Counted from the first letter of the stretch, positions 1 through 9,944 are shown. The stretch: 64,000 bases of DNA from an archaeon (GCA_028279825.1 JANQNA010000003.1:30518-94517); one strand, 5' to 3'. Program-made: numbers and translations. The notes: generated by a model not told the origin, from the sequence alone.

Positions 1-528
1 TGTATTGTTACAAAGTCCGCCTGTACCGTTTCCTATATTCCAGTAAAACGAAACACTTGCATTCCTCAAGAACCCTTCAGCCGTAGGTGCATTAAGATCT
101 GTACGATTTGTATTTGCTATAGCTTCCGTCCAGTTCCATTCAAGTCTTCCTGCCCAGAAGTACTGTGTATTTGATTCATTCCTTAGTACTACAACAGCAC
201 CTGCACTGTAATCACCTGCAAAAGAAGATCCATAAGGCCTTTCAGTCTCGTTATATATCGTGCTCATGAACGAATAGATATTCGTAACGTTAACAGATCC
301 TGTATTCAGTATATCAACAGATACATTACCGCCTACCTGGCCCGGTGTTATCAATGACCAGTTAATAATTGAAGGTGTAACAGTAATTTCAGTCAAAGCA
401 GTAACGCTAACATCCACAGTTACGTTGTCGTCAACTGCGTAAGTGATGTCAGACTTAGAAGCGAACAGCACAAATAGTGAGATCACAGCTATGAGTACAA
501 TAAATAGATACTTCGGTCCCAATTCCAT
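1..528 (-). CDS. Secreted protein rich in N-glycosylation sequons, paralog 1 (C-terminal part lies beyond the window start)
   Basis: Minus-strand ATG at 526-528 gives MELGPKYLFIVLIAV... with a hydrophobic signal/TM. The region AVDDNVTVDVSVTALTEITVTPSIINWS...ERPYGSSFAGDYSAGAV...WAGRLEWNWTEAIANT is about 65-70 % identical to the two downstream paralogs. It runs off the window edge. Confidence 0.6.
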   Translation of the reverse strand, partial: MELGPKYLFIVLIAVISLFVLFASKSDITYAVDDNVTVDVSVTALTEITVTPSIINWSLITPGQVGGNVSVDILNTGSVNVTNIYSFMSTIYNETERPYGSSFAGDYSAGAVVVLRNESNTQYFWAGRLEWNWTEAIANTNRTDLNAPTAEGFLRNASVSFYWNIGNGTGGLCNNT

Positions 529-552
529 AGATTTAACTGTGCTTTTGGGCGA

Positions 553-560
553 TATATAAA
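553..560 (-). promoter_or_regulatory. TATA box (TTTATATA on the coding strand) 24 nt upstream of the paralog-1 ATG
   Basis: aaaatcTTTATATAtcgcccaaaagcacagttaaatctATG. The TATA-to-ATG spacing fits a leaderless archaeal mRNA. Identical architecture repeats at 1519 and 2497. Coordinates are approximate (+/-2). Confidence 0.5.
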
Positions 561-597
561 GATTTTGCTATTGTAGAGTGAGAAAAACAGAAAATGT

Positions 598-1494
598 TTA
601 TGTGACAACAAACGTCCAAGTTGCCGGTTTCATGGTACCTTCAGGTATTCCCTTTGGTATCCATACGTCTGCCGTGACTTTTTCAATGTCGTTAGGTGCC
701 ATAGGACCTGCAGTTATCCAGTCAGATGCTGTACAAGTCGTTGCATTGAATGCACCGGTTCTTCTGTCAAAGTTGTAGAAGTATACCTTGTCACATTCCC
801 ATCCAACTGCCACACAAGAACCGTCCAAAAAGTGACCTGATCTTGTTATCCTGAAGTAACTGAAGTTTGTATCTCCACCCTCTCTCGTTATATCCGACAC
901 AGTCGGAGTTCTTGATTCAATAGTACCGTTGTCAGGATCGTCTTCTATAGCAAACTGAGCAAGACTGTCATTACATTGCCCAAGCGTCGGTGTTCCTGAA
1001 CCATTCCCGATAGCCCAGTAAAAAGCAGCACTTGCATTTCTCAAGAATCCTTCACCTACTGGATCGTCTATGTCACTACGATCCGTATTGGATATAGCTT
1101 CCGTCCAGTTCCATTCAAGTCTTCCTGCCCAGAAGTATGTTGAAGTTGATTCATTCCTAAAGGTCAGAACAGCACCTGCACTGTAGTCAAGTGCATATGA
1201 AGAACCATAAGGTCTGTCAGTTTCATTTGTTATTGTCGTAACAAATGCATACATGTTTGTAATATTTGTAGAACCGGTATTCTTGACGTCTACGTTAACA
1301 GTACCACCTGCCTGACCAGGTGTTATGCCGGACCAGTTTATCACAGAAGGCGTAACTGTTATTTCGGTCAATGACGTAACGCTAACATCAACAGTAACAT
1401 TGTCGTCTCCGTAAGCAAAAACAATATCGGATCTCGATACTAGCAGAAATGCTGTGGCGAATACAAGCACCAGTACCAATATCCCAACTTTCAT
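598..1494 (-). CDS. Secreted protein rich in N-glycosylation sequons, paralog 2
   Basis: 298-aa ORF with an N-terminal signal/TM (MKVGILVLVLVFATAF) and more than 12 NxS/T sequons. It is about 85 % identical to ORF 1555..2472 and has no recognisable catalytic motif. Confidence 0.75.
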   Translation of the reverse strand: MKVGILVLVLVFATAFLLVSRSDIVFAYGDDNVTVDVSVTSLTEITVTPSVINWSGITPGQAGGTVNVDVKNTGSTNITNMYAFVTTITNETDRPYGSSYALDYSAGAVLTFRNESTSTYFWAGRLEWNWTEAISNTDRSDIDDPVGEGFLRNASAAFYWAIGNGSGTPTLGQCNDSLAQFAIEDDPDNGTIESRTPTVSDITREGGDTNFSYFRITRSGHFLDGSCVAVGWECDKVYFYNFDRRTGAFNATTCTASDWITAGPMAPNDIEKVTADVWIPKGIPEGTMKPATWTFVVT

Positions 1495-1518
1495 ACTTCT
1501 ATTTCTGCTCTTGGGCGC

Positions 1519-1526
1519 TATATAAA
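1519..1526 (-). promoter_or_regulatory. TATA box copy upstream of paralog 2
   Basis: aatcTTTATATAgcgcccaagagcagaaatagaagtATG. Same 24-nt spacing as the other two copies. Confidence 0.5.
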
Positions 1527-1554
1527 GATTGTTGTTGTACCATATAGACTAATT

Positions 1555-2472
1555 TTATGTGACAACAAACGTCCAAGTTGCCGGTTTCATGGTACCTTCC
1601 GGTACTCCTTTCGGTATCCACGCATCTGCAGTCAGTTTTTCAATGTCGTTAGGTGCCATAGGACCTGCAGTTATCCAGTTCACGTTGGAACAGATACTTC
1701 CGTTGAATGCACCCGATCTTCTGTCAAAGTTGTAGAAGTATACCTTGTCACATTCCCATCCAACTGCCACACATGTACCGTCCAAAAAATGTCCCGCTCT
1801 GGTTATTGAAAAATAACTGAAGTTAGTGTCGCCCCCATTCCTTGTTACACCAGATATAGAAGGCGTTCTTGATTCAATAGTACCGTTGTCAGCATCGTCT
1901 TCTATAGCAAACTGAGCAAGGCTGTCATTACATTGCCCAAGCGTTGGTGACCCTGAACCATTACCGATCGTCCAGTAAAAAGCAGCACTTGCATTCCTCA
2001 AAAACCCTTCACCTACAGGATCATCCACAGCGCTACGATCCGTATTTGCTATTGACTCTGTCCAGTTCCATTCAACTCTACCGGCCCAGTAATAAGTGGA
2101 AGTTGTTTCGTTTCTGAATGTTACAACAGCACCGGCACTGTAATCGCCCGCATATGAAGAACCATAAGGTCTGTCAGTTTCATTTGTTATTGTCGTAACA
2201 TAAGCATACATATTTGATATATTTGAAGACCCTGTGTTTTGAACATCAACTGTTACAGTTCCTGCGGCTGTACCGGGAAGTATGTCAGACCAGTTTATTA
2301 TTGATGGTGAAACTGTAATCTCAGAAAGCTGTCCGATGCTAACTTCAACAGTAACATTGTCATCTCCGTAAGCAAACGTAACGCCGGACGTACCTAAAAT
2401 TATTAACCCACCGATTCCTACGGCTACCAGAAACAGCCAATTTTTTGGCGCGTTTCCTTTGTCAGAAATCAT
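1555..2472 (-). CDS. Secreted protein rich in N-glycosylation sequons, paralog 3
   Basis: The ORF track extends to 2544. The likely true start is Met25 (MISDKGNAPKNWLFLVAVGIGGLIILG, ATG at 2470-2472), because the conserved TATA lies exactly 24 nt upstream of it. Confidence 0.75.
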   Translation of the reverse strand: MISDKGNAPKNWLFLVAVGIGGLIILGTSGVTFAYGDDNVTVEVSIGQLSEITVSPSIINWSDILPGTAAGTVTVDVQNTGSSNISNMYAYVTTITNETDRPYGSSYAGDYSAGAVVTFRNETTSTYYWAGRVEWNWTESIANTDRSAVDDPVGEGFLRNASAAFYWTIGNGSGSPTLGQCNDSLAQFAIEDDADNGTIESRTPSISGVTRNGGDTNFSYFSITRAGHFLDGTCVAVGWECDKVYFYNFDRRSGAFNGSICSNVNWITAGPMAPNDIEKLTADAWIPKGVPEGTMKPATWTFVVT

Positions 2473-2496
2473 TGCTGTCTTGCTTATCGGAATTTC

Positions 2497-2504
2497 TATA
2501 TAAA
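2497..2504 (-). promoter_or_regulatory. TATA box copy upstream of paralog 3
   Basis: aaaatcTTTATATAgaaattccgataagcaagacagcaATG. Confidence 0.5.
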
Positions 2505-2540
2505 GATTTTGTTGGTGGCCAACAGAAAAAGCTTGCAAAA

Positions 2541-5243
2541 TCAAACAAAATTTTTTCTTAACCTAACTATTATACCACTTAACTTACTTTTTTCATACCC
2601 TACGCCCTGACCAAGCGACTTTGTACCGCCACCTTTGCCGTTAAGCTCTTCACAAACCTCTTTTACAATTTTCCCGGCGTCTTCTTTTCTGTTTTTGCCA
2701 ACTGATACCAAAACATGAATTTTTTCATTCTTGCCAAACAAAACCAGTATTCTGTCGTCTGCAGATAATTTTTTTGATATGTTCTGCAAAGTTTTTTGAT
2801 CTGCCTCAAGTTCTTGGACCAAAACATTCTCTACTATTTTATCTTCAAGATATTCCGTCATGCCCGATGCTTCTTGTTCTATTGTTTTTTCTTTCTCCTT
2901 TTTGGATTTCTTCCATTTTTCCAGAAGATCTTCCGTACCTTTTACCAGATCCTTTACACCAAGAATTTTTTTACACTCATCAACTATCCTGTCAACCCTT
3001 TCTTCATATTTTTTGGCAGCAGGTCCTGCCACAAAGTCTATACGAGCTATATTGTCCTGTATTCTCTCAGTAGAAACAATAACAATTTTCCCAACCTCTG
3101 AAGTCGAATCTAAGTGTGTCCCGCCGCAGGCCTCTACGTCAGTACCTGCTATATTAACTATGCGCAGTTCTCTGCCTGGCACAGCACCACCCTGGTATAT
3201 ACCAAAGCCATGCTTACTCTCAGCTTCACCCCTGTTAACGAATTTCTTGTCTATACGCTTCGACGAAGAAACAATATCATTTGCCTCTCTTTCTATACGA
3301 TATAATTGTTCATCGGTTATAGCCGTGTAGTGAGTAATATCCAGATGTGCTTTGTCAACATCCTTGAAGGCGCTTGCCTGGTTAATATGATTACCTAAAA
3401 CCCTGCGGGCAGCTTCATTAAGTATATGGGTCCCTGTGTGATGTTTTGCCAGCTGTATTCTTCTTTCCCCGTCTATCTCCACTTTTACAGGCTGGCCTTC
3501 TACAAAACTCGGCTTACTGAGCATTTTATGAACGATTAGTGCACCCTGCTTGAAAACTTCCACAAAGGGTTCTTTGTTTATTGTGCCTGTATCATGCATC
3601 TGGCCGCCTGATGTAGGATAAGCCACTGTCTGATCTAATATAACGTAATTGTCTACTATTTTCTGTACAGTAGCGGTGTTGGAGAATTTTTTGTAATCAG
3701 CAAAGTATAACGCTTTTGTTGCAGTCACATCGCCAAAATCAATATCAACAGCCTTCTTTGTAGCATGCTTCTGCTCATGATGTTCGTGTATATTGGATAT
3801 AAGTGAATAAAAATTATCAGGCACGTCTATCTTTTTTCCTATCTGTTTTGCTTCCCTTAAGACCAGTTCCGGTGGAACACCATGTGAATCATAAAGTTCT
3901 ACAAGATCATCAAGATCAACATCTCTTGAGACCACTCTTTTAACAAGCTGTACTGATTTCTTCTTCGTCTTTTCATACTTTTCCTTTTCGATATCAAAGA
4001 TCTTTTCCACATTATCCAGGTTTTCCTTTAGCTCTGGCACCTGCGGTTTCAGATATTTTGCATGAAGCTCAAAGAGTTTCTTTACATCAATATTCCAGTC
4101 GTTTTTGTCTATAAACCCTAGCATTCTTCTAAAGATAATACGAAGATTATACGAGTCACCAACATTCGATGGTATCGCCCCGTCACTAAACATCAAAAGC
4201 AGAGCCCTGCTATGTTCAGCCACGGAATACAGCCCGGCCAATGGAAGAATATTCTCCTTTAATGTACTCACGTCTGTACCGACTTTTTGTGCAACATCCT
4301 TCCAGGAGTCTTCAACATTTTCTATTTCATCCAGATTTAACAATCCACCATAAGGAACAAACCTGCCAATAAGTTTTTTGTCAAACTTCAGTTTAGTTTG
4401 TTTTAGCAAATGTTCCATTACTGTTGGGAAAGTAGCGTCGTATATTGTGTTTGTACCCTGTGAAAACCAGGCATTTCGTTCCTGCCCCATACCCATGTCC
4501 AGAACCTTCAGATCTAAGTCACGAAGTCCATTATCACTTTGTTCATACATCATGTAGACCTGATTGCCAAGCTCATTGCCTCTCGAAAAGAACTCCATAC
4601 AAGGACCAAGATTACCGCCACCGGCCCAGGCATCTTCATGAAAAGTCACCTCGCTGTTCGGCAGTCCGAGCCCCTTCTTCAGCCAGGCGTGTATATGTTC
4701 CAATACAAGGTTCTGGTCCCACTCCGAAGGCTGTACAAACGCATGTTGTCCTATCATCGAGAAAACAGTATTGTGACTGCCTGTTATCCCGACATTGTCA
4801 ATGTCCACAGTACGAAAGCAATATTGTGGAATAACAAGCCTCTTCGCGGGAGGTTCAACTTCTCCGGATACAACAAACGGCTGGAATGCCGCTATAGAAG
4901 CATTTGTGAATTCCATTGTCGGATTCCATCTAGCAACAATAGGATAACGATTAATAGGAGTATAGCCAAACTTTTCAAACATTTTTGAAAAGCGCTTCCA
5001 GACTTGTATGTAATCAAGTTTCTTTTTCGCCGGAGATTTGCCGATAAAGGCAAAAGGAATCTCGCCGCATGCAGGATCCCCGCAAGTATCGCGACCTTCG
5101 GTCGCCCAAAAAGGTTTTTTACAATTTTTACATTTCCTTCTTTTGTAACCTTCCGTTTGAAGATACTCTGTGGCGTAATACTTCTCAGGATCCTTGTAGA
5201 AGCTGCCTACATACTTCTTTTTCGCTTCCTTATCTGTTAACAT
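2541..5243 (-). CDS. alaS: Alanyl-tRNA synthetase
   Basis: About 900 aa of class II AlaRS. It has the editing-domain HxxxH / CGGTH signature (HHTGTHIL, ACGGTHL), a zinc finger CKNCKK...C near the N-terminus, and a C-terminal DHHA1-like region. Probable start is MLTDKEAKK; the ORF track adds 16 upstream codons. Confidence 0.9.
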   Translation of the reverse strand: MLTDKEAKKKYVGSFYKDPEKYYATEYLQTEGYKRRKCKNCKKPFWATEGRDTCGDPACGEIPFAFIGKSPAKKKLDYIQVWKRFSKMFEKFGYTPINRYPIVARWNPTMEFTNASIAAFQPFVVSGEVEPPAKRLVIPQYCFRTVDIDNVGITGSHNTVFSMIGQHAFVQPSEWDQNLVLEHIHAWLKKGLGLPNSEVTFHEDAWAGGGNLGPCMEFFSRGNELGNQVYMMYEQSDNGLRDLDLKVLDMGMGQERNAWFSQGTNTIYDATFPTVMEHLLKQTKLKFDKKLIGRFVPYGGLLNLDEIENVEDSWKDVAQKVGTDVSTLKENILPLAGLYSVAEHSRALLLMFSDGAIPSNVGDSYNLRIIFRRMLGFIDKNDWNIDVKKLFELHAKYLKPQVPELKENLDNVEKIFDIEKEKYEKTKKKSVQLVKRVVSRDVDLDDLVELYDSHGVPPELVLREAKQIGKKIDVPDNFYSLISNIHEHHEQKHATKKAVDIDFGDVTATKALYFADYKKFSNTATVQKIVDNYVILDQTVAYPTSGGQMHDTGTINKEPFVEVFKQGALIVHKMLSKPSFVEGQPVKVEIDGERRIQLAKHHTGTHILNEAARRVLGNHINQASAFKDVDKAHLDITHYTAITDEQLYRIEREANDIVSSSKRIDKKFVNRGEAESKHGFGIYQGGAVPGRELRIVNIAGTDVEACGGTHLDSTSEVGKIVIVSTERIQDNIARIDFVAGPAAKKYEERVDRIVDECKKILGVKDLVKGTEDLLEKWKKSKKEKEKTIEQEASGMTEYLEDKIVENVLVQELEADQKTLQNISKKLSADDRILVLFGKNEKIHVLVSVGKNRKEDAGKIVKEVCEELNGKGGGTKSLGQGVGYEKSKLSGIIVRLRKNFV

Positions 5244-5299
5244 GTCTACCCAAGTATAGTTAGAAAAAACAAAATTTAAAGCAAAAAACAAAAAAAGGT

Positions 5300-5611
5300 T
5301 TAGCCGAATAAGCTTGCTAGACCGCCAGCTGCTTCTTCTGCTTTCTTTTCTACTTCTTCTTCGCTAGGACCTTCTTCTTTCTTGGCTTCGCCTGCGGCTG
5401 GAGCTGCGGCTGCTGGAGCAGCTGCTGCTACTGGCATTGCTGCTTTGCTGATGACTTCTTCTATGTTTACGCCATCAAGTGCGGCTACCATTGCCTTTAT
5501 CTTGGCCTCGTCAGGTGTTTCGCCAATTGAGGAAACAATCTTTTTCAGATTATCCTCGTTTATCTCTTTCCCAGCGCTGTGAAGTAACAAAGCGGAATAT
5601 ACGTAGTTCAT
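5300..5611 (-). CDS. rpl12: Ribosomal stalk protein P1/L12
   Basis: 103 aa with an Ala/Pro-rich hinge and the acidic C-terminus [12 protein letters not shown] typical of archaeal P1. Confidence 0.9.
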   Translation of the reverse strand: MNYVYSALLLHSAGKEINEDNLKKIVSSIGETPDEAKIKAMVAALDGVNIEEVISKAAMPVAAAAPAAAAPAAGEAKKEEGPSEEEVEKKAEEAAGGLASLFG

Positions 5612-5622
5612 TTTATTACCTC

Positions 5623-6468
5623 CTAAACATTTGTCTTCTCCTTCAGCGCGCGAGCTTCGCTCACTGCTTTTGCAAGAACATCATCTATGAAGCCCTTTTC
5701 GGTTATATTGGCTTCAACACAAAGTGCTCTTGCTTCTGAAAATGCCTTTTGAATCATCAAAGGCATTGTAAGTGTTGTTGGGTATTCCGTGTTCACAGAA
5801 AGATTAACTGCCTTCTGCACGCAGTCAGTTATTTGGTTTACATAATCCTCTGTACTTACATCCAACACATCTTTACCATAAACTGTTCCGTCTTCCCATA
5901 CGTGTGTAAGGTTGAAACCAACTTCCATCGGCTCCATTTTCAAAAGACTCAGTACATCCACCACATCCTGGCTTATCGCTTCACCTTCCTTGGCAACTGT
6001 CTTGTCTGCCATAACGGCAATCTTACCGCCCTGTACAGACGCCTTCAATTTGATTTTTTGTAGCGTTGATATGGAAGGACCAGGTGGAAGTGGGGTAGGA
6101 CCCTTTTGAATAACTATATCCTTTGGAGCAATATCTCCAGGCTTTGCAGCCGCCGGTGTTCTGTTCTCCTTCAGAATTTTAAAGAGTTTAAATGGATTTT
6201 CGTTGCTGAGAAGTAAAGCCGGTGAATCCTGTAATTTACTTTCCAGATCTTTTATGTTTGCCTTTGTGGATTTCTCCAAAGCCTTCTTTAAGAGCGTCTT
6301 CTTTGCCATCTTTATTACTGCCGTTCCTCTAAGGTTTTCTCTCATTGCCTGCAATGCGCGAGAAGGAAGTTTATGCATGTTCAGCACACCCACGACTGAG
6401 TGTTCCTCCATCAACTTCACTAGCTCTTCAACAATTACTGGCTTTTCTTTCTTAAGCATTACTAACAC
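5623..6468 (-). CDS. rplP0: Ribosomal protein P0/L10
   Basis: 281 aa lying between L1 and L12 in the conserved stalk operon. The C-terminal tail resembles P1. Confidence 0.85.
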   Translation of the reverse strand: MLVMLKKEKPVIVEELVKLMEEHSVVGVLNMHKLPSRALQAMRENLRGTAVIKMAKKTLLKKALEKSTKANIKDLESKLQDSPALLLSNENPFKLFKILKENRTPAAAKPGDIAPKDIVIQKGPTPLPPGPSISTLQKIKLKASVQGGKIAVMADKTVAKEGEAISQDVVDVLSLLKMEPMEVGFNLTHVWEDGTVYGKDVLDVSTEDYVNQITDCVQKAVNLSVNTEYPTTLTMPLMIQKAFSEARALCVEANITEKGFIDDVLAKAVSEARALKEKTNV

Positions 6469-7093
6469 CCACTCTTGCTGGCTTGCCCATTGTGGTTTTT
6501 ATGTAAACGTTCTTTATCTGGGCTTTTGCCGGCAATGCCTTTCTGACTTCTTCTACAACCTTTTCTACATTTGCCTTGATCTGAGTATCATCCATATCTT
6601 CTGATCCTATTGCGAGCTGTATTGTCGGAGAGTCTCTGACGTTTATTCTGACCATTCTCTTTGCCTGCTCAACCATAGGTGTTGGGTCTCTGCCAGGTGG
6701 CAGAGGCTTTGGCATTTTTCCCTTCGGACCAAGATAACGTCCCAGGATCTTACCAACCAGCGGCATTAAAGGAGCTTCACAAAGGAAGAAATCATACTTT
6801 TTCGTAAATGCTTTTGCTGCCGCTTTCTTTCTGGCAAAATCTTCTATTTCTCTCTTAGTGACTCCATTTGAATCAGAAATAACACATATACTGATCTCCT
6901 TGCCTCTCCCATGCGGAAGCACAACATCTTTGGAGAACTTGTTTTCCGGCTTCTTCAGGTCAATATTCCTGAGGTTGATTATAAGGTCTATCGTCTGGGC
7001 GAATTTTCTCTTCTTGGATTCCCTGAGCTTTTTGATAGCTTCTTCCATCTTATGTTCCATTAAATCACCCTTCTGTCGCCAAAATAGATTCAT
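6452..7093 (-). CDS. rpl1: Ribosomal protein L1
   Basis: 213 aa in the L1 family (KFAQTIDLIINLR, GRGKEISICVI), at the conserved position next to L10. Confidence 0.85.
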   Translation of the reverse strand: MNLFWRQKGDLMEHKMEEAIKKLRESKKRKFAQTIDLIINLRNIDLKKPENKFSKDVVLPHGRGKEISICVISDSNGVTKREIEDFARKKAAAKAFTKKYDFFLCEAPLMPLVGKILGRYLGPKGKMPKPLPPGRDPTPMVEQAKRMVRINVRDSPTIQLAIGSEDMDDTQIKANVEKVVEEVRKALPAKAQIKNVYIKTTMGKPARVGVSNA

Positions 7094-7136
7094 TAGACGC
7101 CAGTCTGTGGGTTAAGATAACTATGAGAATAAAGTA

Positions 7137-7634
7137 TTAAAAGGCCTCTTTTTCCTTGTCGTTTTCCACGTTTTTCATTCTCTCGTCTAAAGAGCCAACG
7201 GCTGCAGCAAATATCTGCCTTACTTCGTTAAGCCTGTCTTCTATACCAGCTAATTTACGTGAAAGCTCATTGTACGAAGTACCTATTTCCACTTCTACAA
7301 GATGCCTTACATCAGCTATTTTATTGTCAACGAATGAAACCTGCTTTGCAACATCATCCTTGATTTCATCAGTTTTTCTTGAGATAGAATCAACTTTTTG
7401 ATTTATTTCTTCTATTCGCTTATCGTTGTCAAATCTTAACGTATTCAGCGCATCCTGCAACCCAACCTTTTGCAATATTACCACCAGTATAAGCAGAACA
7501 AATATTACAGTTATAGCGACCATGTCAAATAACTCTATTGCTATAATTGCCAGAACCAGCAGATATAACGCTATCAGAATAAAATCGTATTTCATTAAAA
7601 GAAAAATACCCAGAATATTCTTAAAGCTGTCCAA
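7137..7634 (-). CDS. Hypothetical membrane-anchored coiled-coil protein
   Basis: Two N-terminal TM helices are followed by a heptad-rich coiled coil (KVDSISRKTDEIKDDVAKQVSFVDNKIADV...). It is inserted between L1 and L11. Confidence 0.6.
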   Translation of the reverse strand: MDSFKNILGIFLLMKYDFILIALYLLVLAIIAIELFDMVAITVIFVLLILVVILQKVGLQDALNTLRFDNDKRIEEINQKVDSISRKTDEIKDDVAKQVSFVDNKIADVRHLVEVEIGTSYNELSRKLAGIEDRLNEVRQIFAAAVGSLDERMKNVENDKEKEAF

Positions 7635-7669
7635 AAAAATTATGCATTACTGTGAAATTACATGCGTAA

Positions 7670-8137
7670 TTACTCTACCTTCACTTTACCTTCTGTAATC
7701 TCTTTTATCAGATCTTTCGGCGATTTTTCATCTACCAACACGCCGGCACTCTGGCATGTTCCAAGAACCTGCTTTACCTTTCCCTTTAGGTCACCGCGTA
7801 TAGAGTCCTTGCTCTTCGCTATCTTGACAACAGCGTCAAGTGTTATACTCCCCGCAAGATTCCTTGTTTTGTCCTCATTCAGCGTGCCAAGCTTGTCTTT
7901 TTTTAACTCTTTTTTGATCATTGAAGTAACAGGAGGAGATCCTACAGATATCGTAAAGTTCTTCTTGTCGTCAACAACTATCTTTACAGGCACTTCCATA
8001 CCGTCAAATGATTTTGTTTTCTCGTTTATCTGGTTGACAACATCACCTACATTTATGCCTAGAGGTGACAATGTTGGTCCTATTGGCGGTGCAGCCGTTG
8101 CATGGCCGCCTTTTACTAGCACTTCTACTGTTTCCAT
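7670..8137 (-). CDS. rpl11: Ribosomal protein L11
   Basis: 155 aa. The N-terminal METVEVLVKGGHATAAPPIGPTLSPLGINV is the canonical L11 signature. Confidence 0.9.
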   Translation of the reverse strand: METVEVLVKGGHATAAPPIGPTLSPLGINVGDVVNQINEKTKSFDGMEVPVKIVVDDKKNFTISVGSPPVTSMIKKELKKDKLGTLNEDKTRNLAGSITLDAVVKIAKSKDSIRGDLKGKVKQVLGTCQSAGVLVDEKSPKDLIKEITEGKVKVE

Positions 8138-8581
8138 CTAATCACTCTTCTTTTTTTCATACATTCTTACCGAATTAACAGAAATCGTAACCGGTATTGG
8201 TATTGCCGCTTCCAAGAACTCAACGGTTATTTCACCCTTTGTCTCGTCTACTCTTGAAATCTTGGCTCTTTCACCCTTGAAAGGAGAACCGATTATCTCG
8301 ACAATATCACCAACATCAAATTTCACTTCACTCTTCTCAGGAACCAGAAACTTCTCTAACTGGACCATAGGCACGTTCTTGTTTATGAAGCCTCTGACAT
8401 GAGGAACACTCTTTACAGCCAGTTCTATTTCATCTTCGTCAGCTTCTATGAAAATATAACCCCTCAGTTCTTCCGGGTGAAACAATGATTTTATAGGTAT
8501 TTTCTCGTTTTGAATCTTTGTAGTAAGTGAATCTATTACCACGTTTTCTCTTCCGGTCGTTGTCCTTATTGTTGCTATCAT
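8138..8581 (-). CDS. spt5: Transcription elongation factor Spt5/NusG
   Basis: 147 aa with an NGN domain plus KOW motif (GDIVEIIGSPFKGERAKISRVD). It occupies the conserved position between secE and L11. Confidence 0.85.
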   Translation of the reverse strand: MIATIRTTTGRENVVIDSLTTKIQNEKIPIKSLFHPEELRGYIFIEADEDEIELAVKSVPHVRGFINKNVPMVQLEKFLVPEKSEVKFDVGDIVEIIGSPFKGERAKISRVDETKGEITVEFLEAAIPIPVTISVNSVRMYEKKKSD

Positions 8582-8612
8582 CTAAATCACCGTATGAAGT
8601 TGTTTACAACTT

Positions 8613-8786
8613 CTATAAGCCTCCGATTAACTGTACTGCTATGAATATTGCGAATCCAATTATACCTATAACAACCATACCAAGGCTTGTAATCTTCACA
8701 GTTTGCCTGTATTCGACCTTATCAGGTTTCGAAGAGACTAAAAATATCCTTCTCATCCGGTCCATCAGGTTCTTAAGACCCATGGT
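8613..8786 (-). CDS. secE: Protein translocase subunit SecE/Sec61-gamma
   Basis: A small single-TM protein (KITSLGMVVIGIIGFAIFIAVQLIGGL) directly upstream of nusG. The probable start is MGLKNL. Confidence 0.75.
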   Translation of the reverse strand, partial: TMGLKNLMDRMRRIFLVSSKPDKVEYRQTVKITSLGMVVIGIIGFAIFIAVQLIGGL

Positions 8787-8861
8787 TTCTATTAGAACAA
8801 AACATTTAAAAACGCCCATATTTTAAGAAGATTTCTCTTTCCTGCCTGGTCAGAAAGCTTT

Positions 8862-9944
8862 TTATTTCTCTATAAAGTCTATTCCAAACAACTTCTCAAT
8901 ATCCTTCTTCTTCTCTTGTGTGTAGACCTTTTGAGGAGCAAAAAGAGCAGGTGAATTAACACCGGTCACAACTATCATTGTCCTTATCGAATCTCCAAGT
9001 TCCTTGATTATCTGGGCACCCCAGATTATCCTTGCATCAGGATTCAATTTAGTGGCAACCGTTTCTACAATCTTCTGACAATCCCTTATGGTAATGTCAA
9101 CACCGCCGGATACATTGATCAATGCACCGGAAGCACCTTCTATGTCTATGTCCAGCAGTGGATTGTTCAGAGCTCTTTCAACAGCTTCTATAGCCCTGTT
9201 CTCTGAATCACTGTCACCCATTCCTATCATTGCCAGACCGCCGTTTGTCATGACAGTCCTGATATCTGCAAAATCCAGGTTGACCAAACCAGGTCTTGTG
9301 ACCAGTTCAGAAATTCCTTTAACAGCATTCACCAGTATCTCATCAGCCACTTTGAAGGCTGTTGGAAGAGATACATCCGGAACGATCTCCAAAAGCTTGT
9401 CGTTCGGTATAACTATCAGTGTATCAACATTCTTCTGCAGTTTCTCCAGACCGTCTTTTGCATTTTTCATCCTTGATTTTCCTTCCATCGTGAAAGGAAG
9501 TGTTACGATTCCCACAGTCAGCGCGCCTGATTTCTTTGCAAGCTCTGCTGCCACAGGCAGAGAACCCGTTCCCGTTCCGCCACCAAGGCCGCATGTGACG
9601 AAAACCATGTCCGCGCCTTCAAGTATCTTCTTCAACTCATTCCTGCTTTCCTTTGCTGCTTCTTCACCTATCTTTGGGTCAGCTCCGGCACCAAGCCCGC
9701 CCGTGATTTCCTTGCCTATAAGCATCTTGATATCAGCATCCGTATACAAAAGATCCTGTGCGTCCGTATTTATGGAAATAGACTCTCCGCCGACCACGCC
9801 AACCTGCATAAGTCGAGAAATTGTGTTTCCCCCGCCGCCTCCGGAACCAAGAATCTTGATTTCTGCCTTCTTTGATTCCAGTATCTTGCGTAGTTCTTCA
9901 TCAGCAGGAGAAGTTCCGACATCTTTTTGATTTAGTACGCCCAT
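8862..9944 (-). CDS. ftsZ: Cell division GTPase FtsZ
   Basis: 360 aa carrying the tubulin signature GGGTGTGS and T7-loop NLDFAD. The ftsZ-secE-nusG-L11 order is typical of Euryarchaeota. Confidence 0.92.
   Translation of the reverse strand: MGVLNQKDVGTSPADEELRKILESKKAEIKILGSGGGGGNTISRLMQVGVVGGESISINTDAQDLLYTDADIKMLIGKEITGGLGAGADPKIGEEAAKESRNELKKILEGADMVFVTCGLGGGTGTGSLPVAAELAKKSGALTVGIVTLPFTMEGKSRMKNAKDGLEKLQKNVDTLIVIPNDKLLEIVPDVSLPTAFKVADEILVNAVKGISELVTRPGLVNLDFADIRTVMTNGGLAMIGMGDSDSENRAIEAVERALNNPLLDIDIEGASGALINVSGGVDITIRDCQKIVETVATKLNPDARIIWGAQIIKELGDSIRTMIVVTGVNSPALFAPQKVYTQEKKKDIEKLFGIDFIEK

Noticed and set aside
578-778. Plus-strand 66-aa ORF overlapping the 3' end of glycoprotein paralog 2.
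   Set aside because: It is antisense to a conserved coding region and spans the conserved promoter of paralog 1. No independent signals support it.
2774-3330. Several plus-strand ORFs (2774..3073, 2796..3101, 2860..3330) antisense to alaS. Similar antisense ORFs lie inside ftsZ (9088..9930), the thermosome gene (37535..38061), ileS, leuS and others.
   Set aside because: They lie entirely within long, well-supported genes on the opposite strand and have low-complexity or junk composition. They are typical shadow ORFs.
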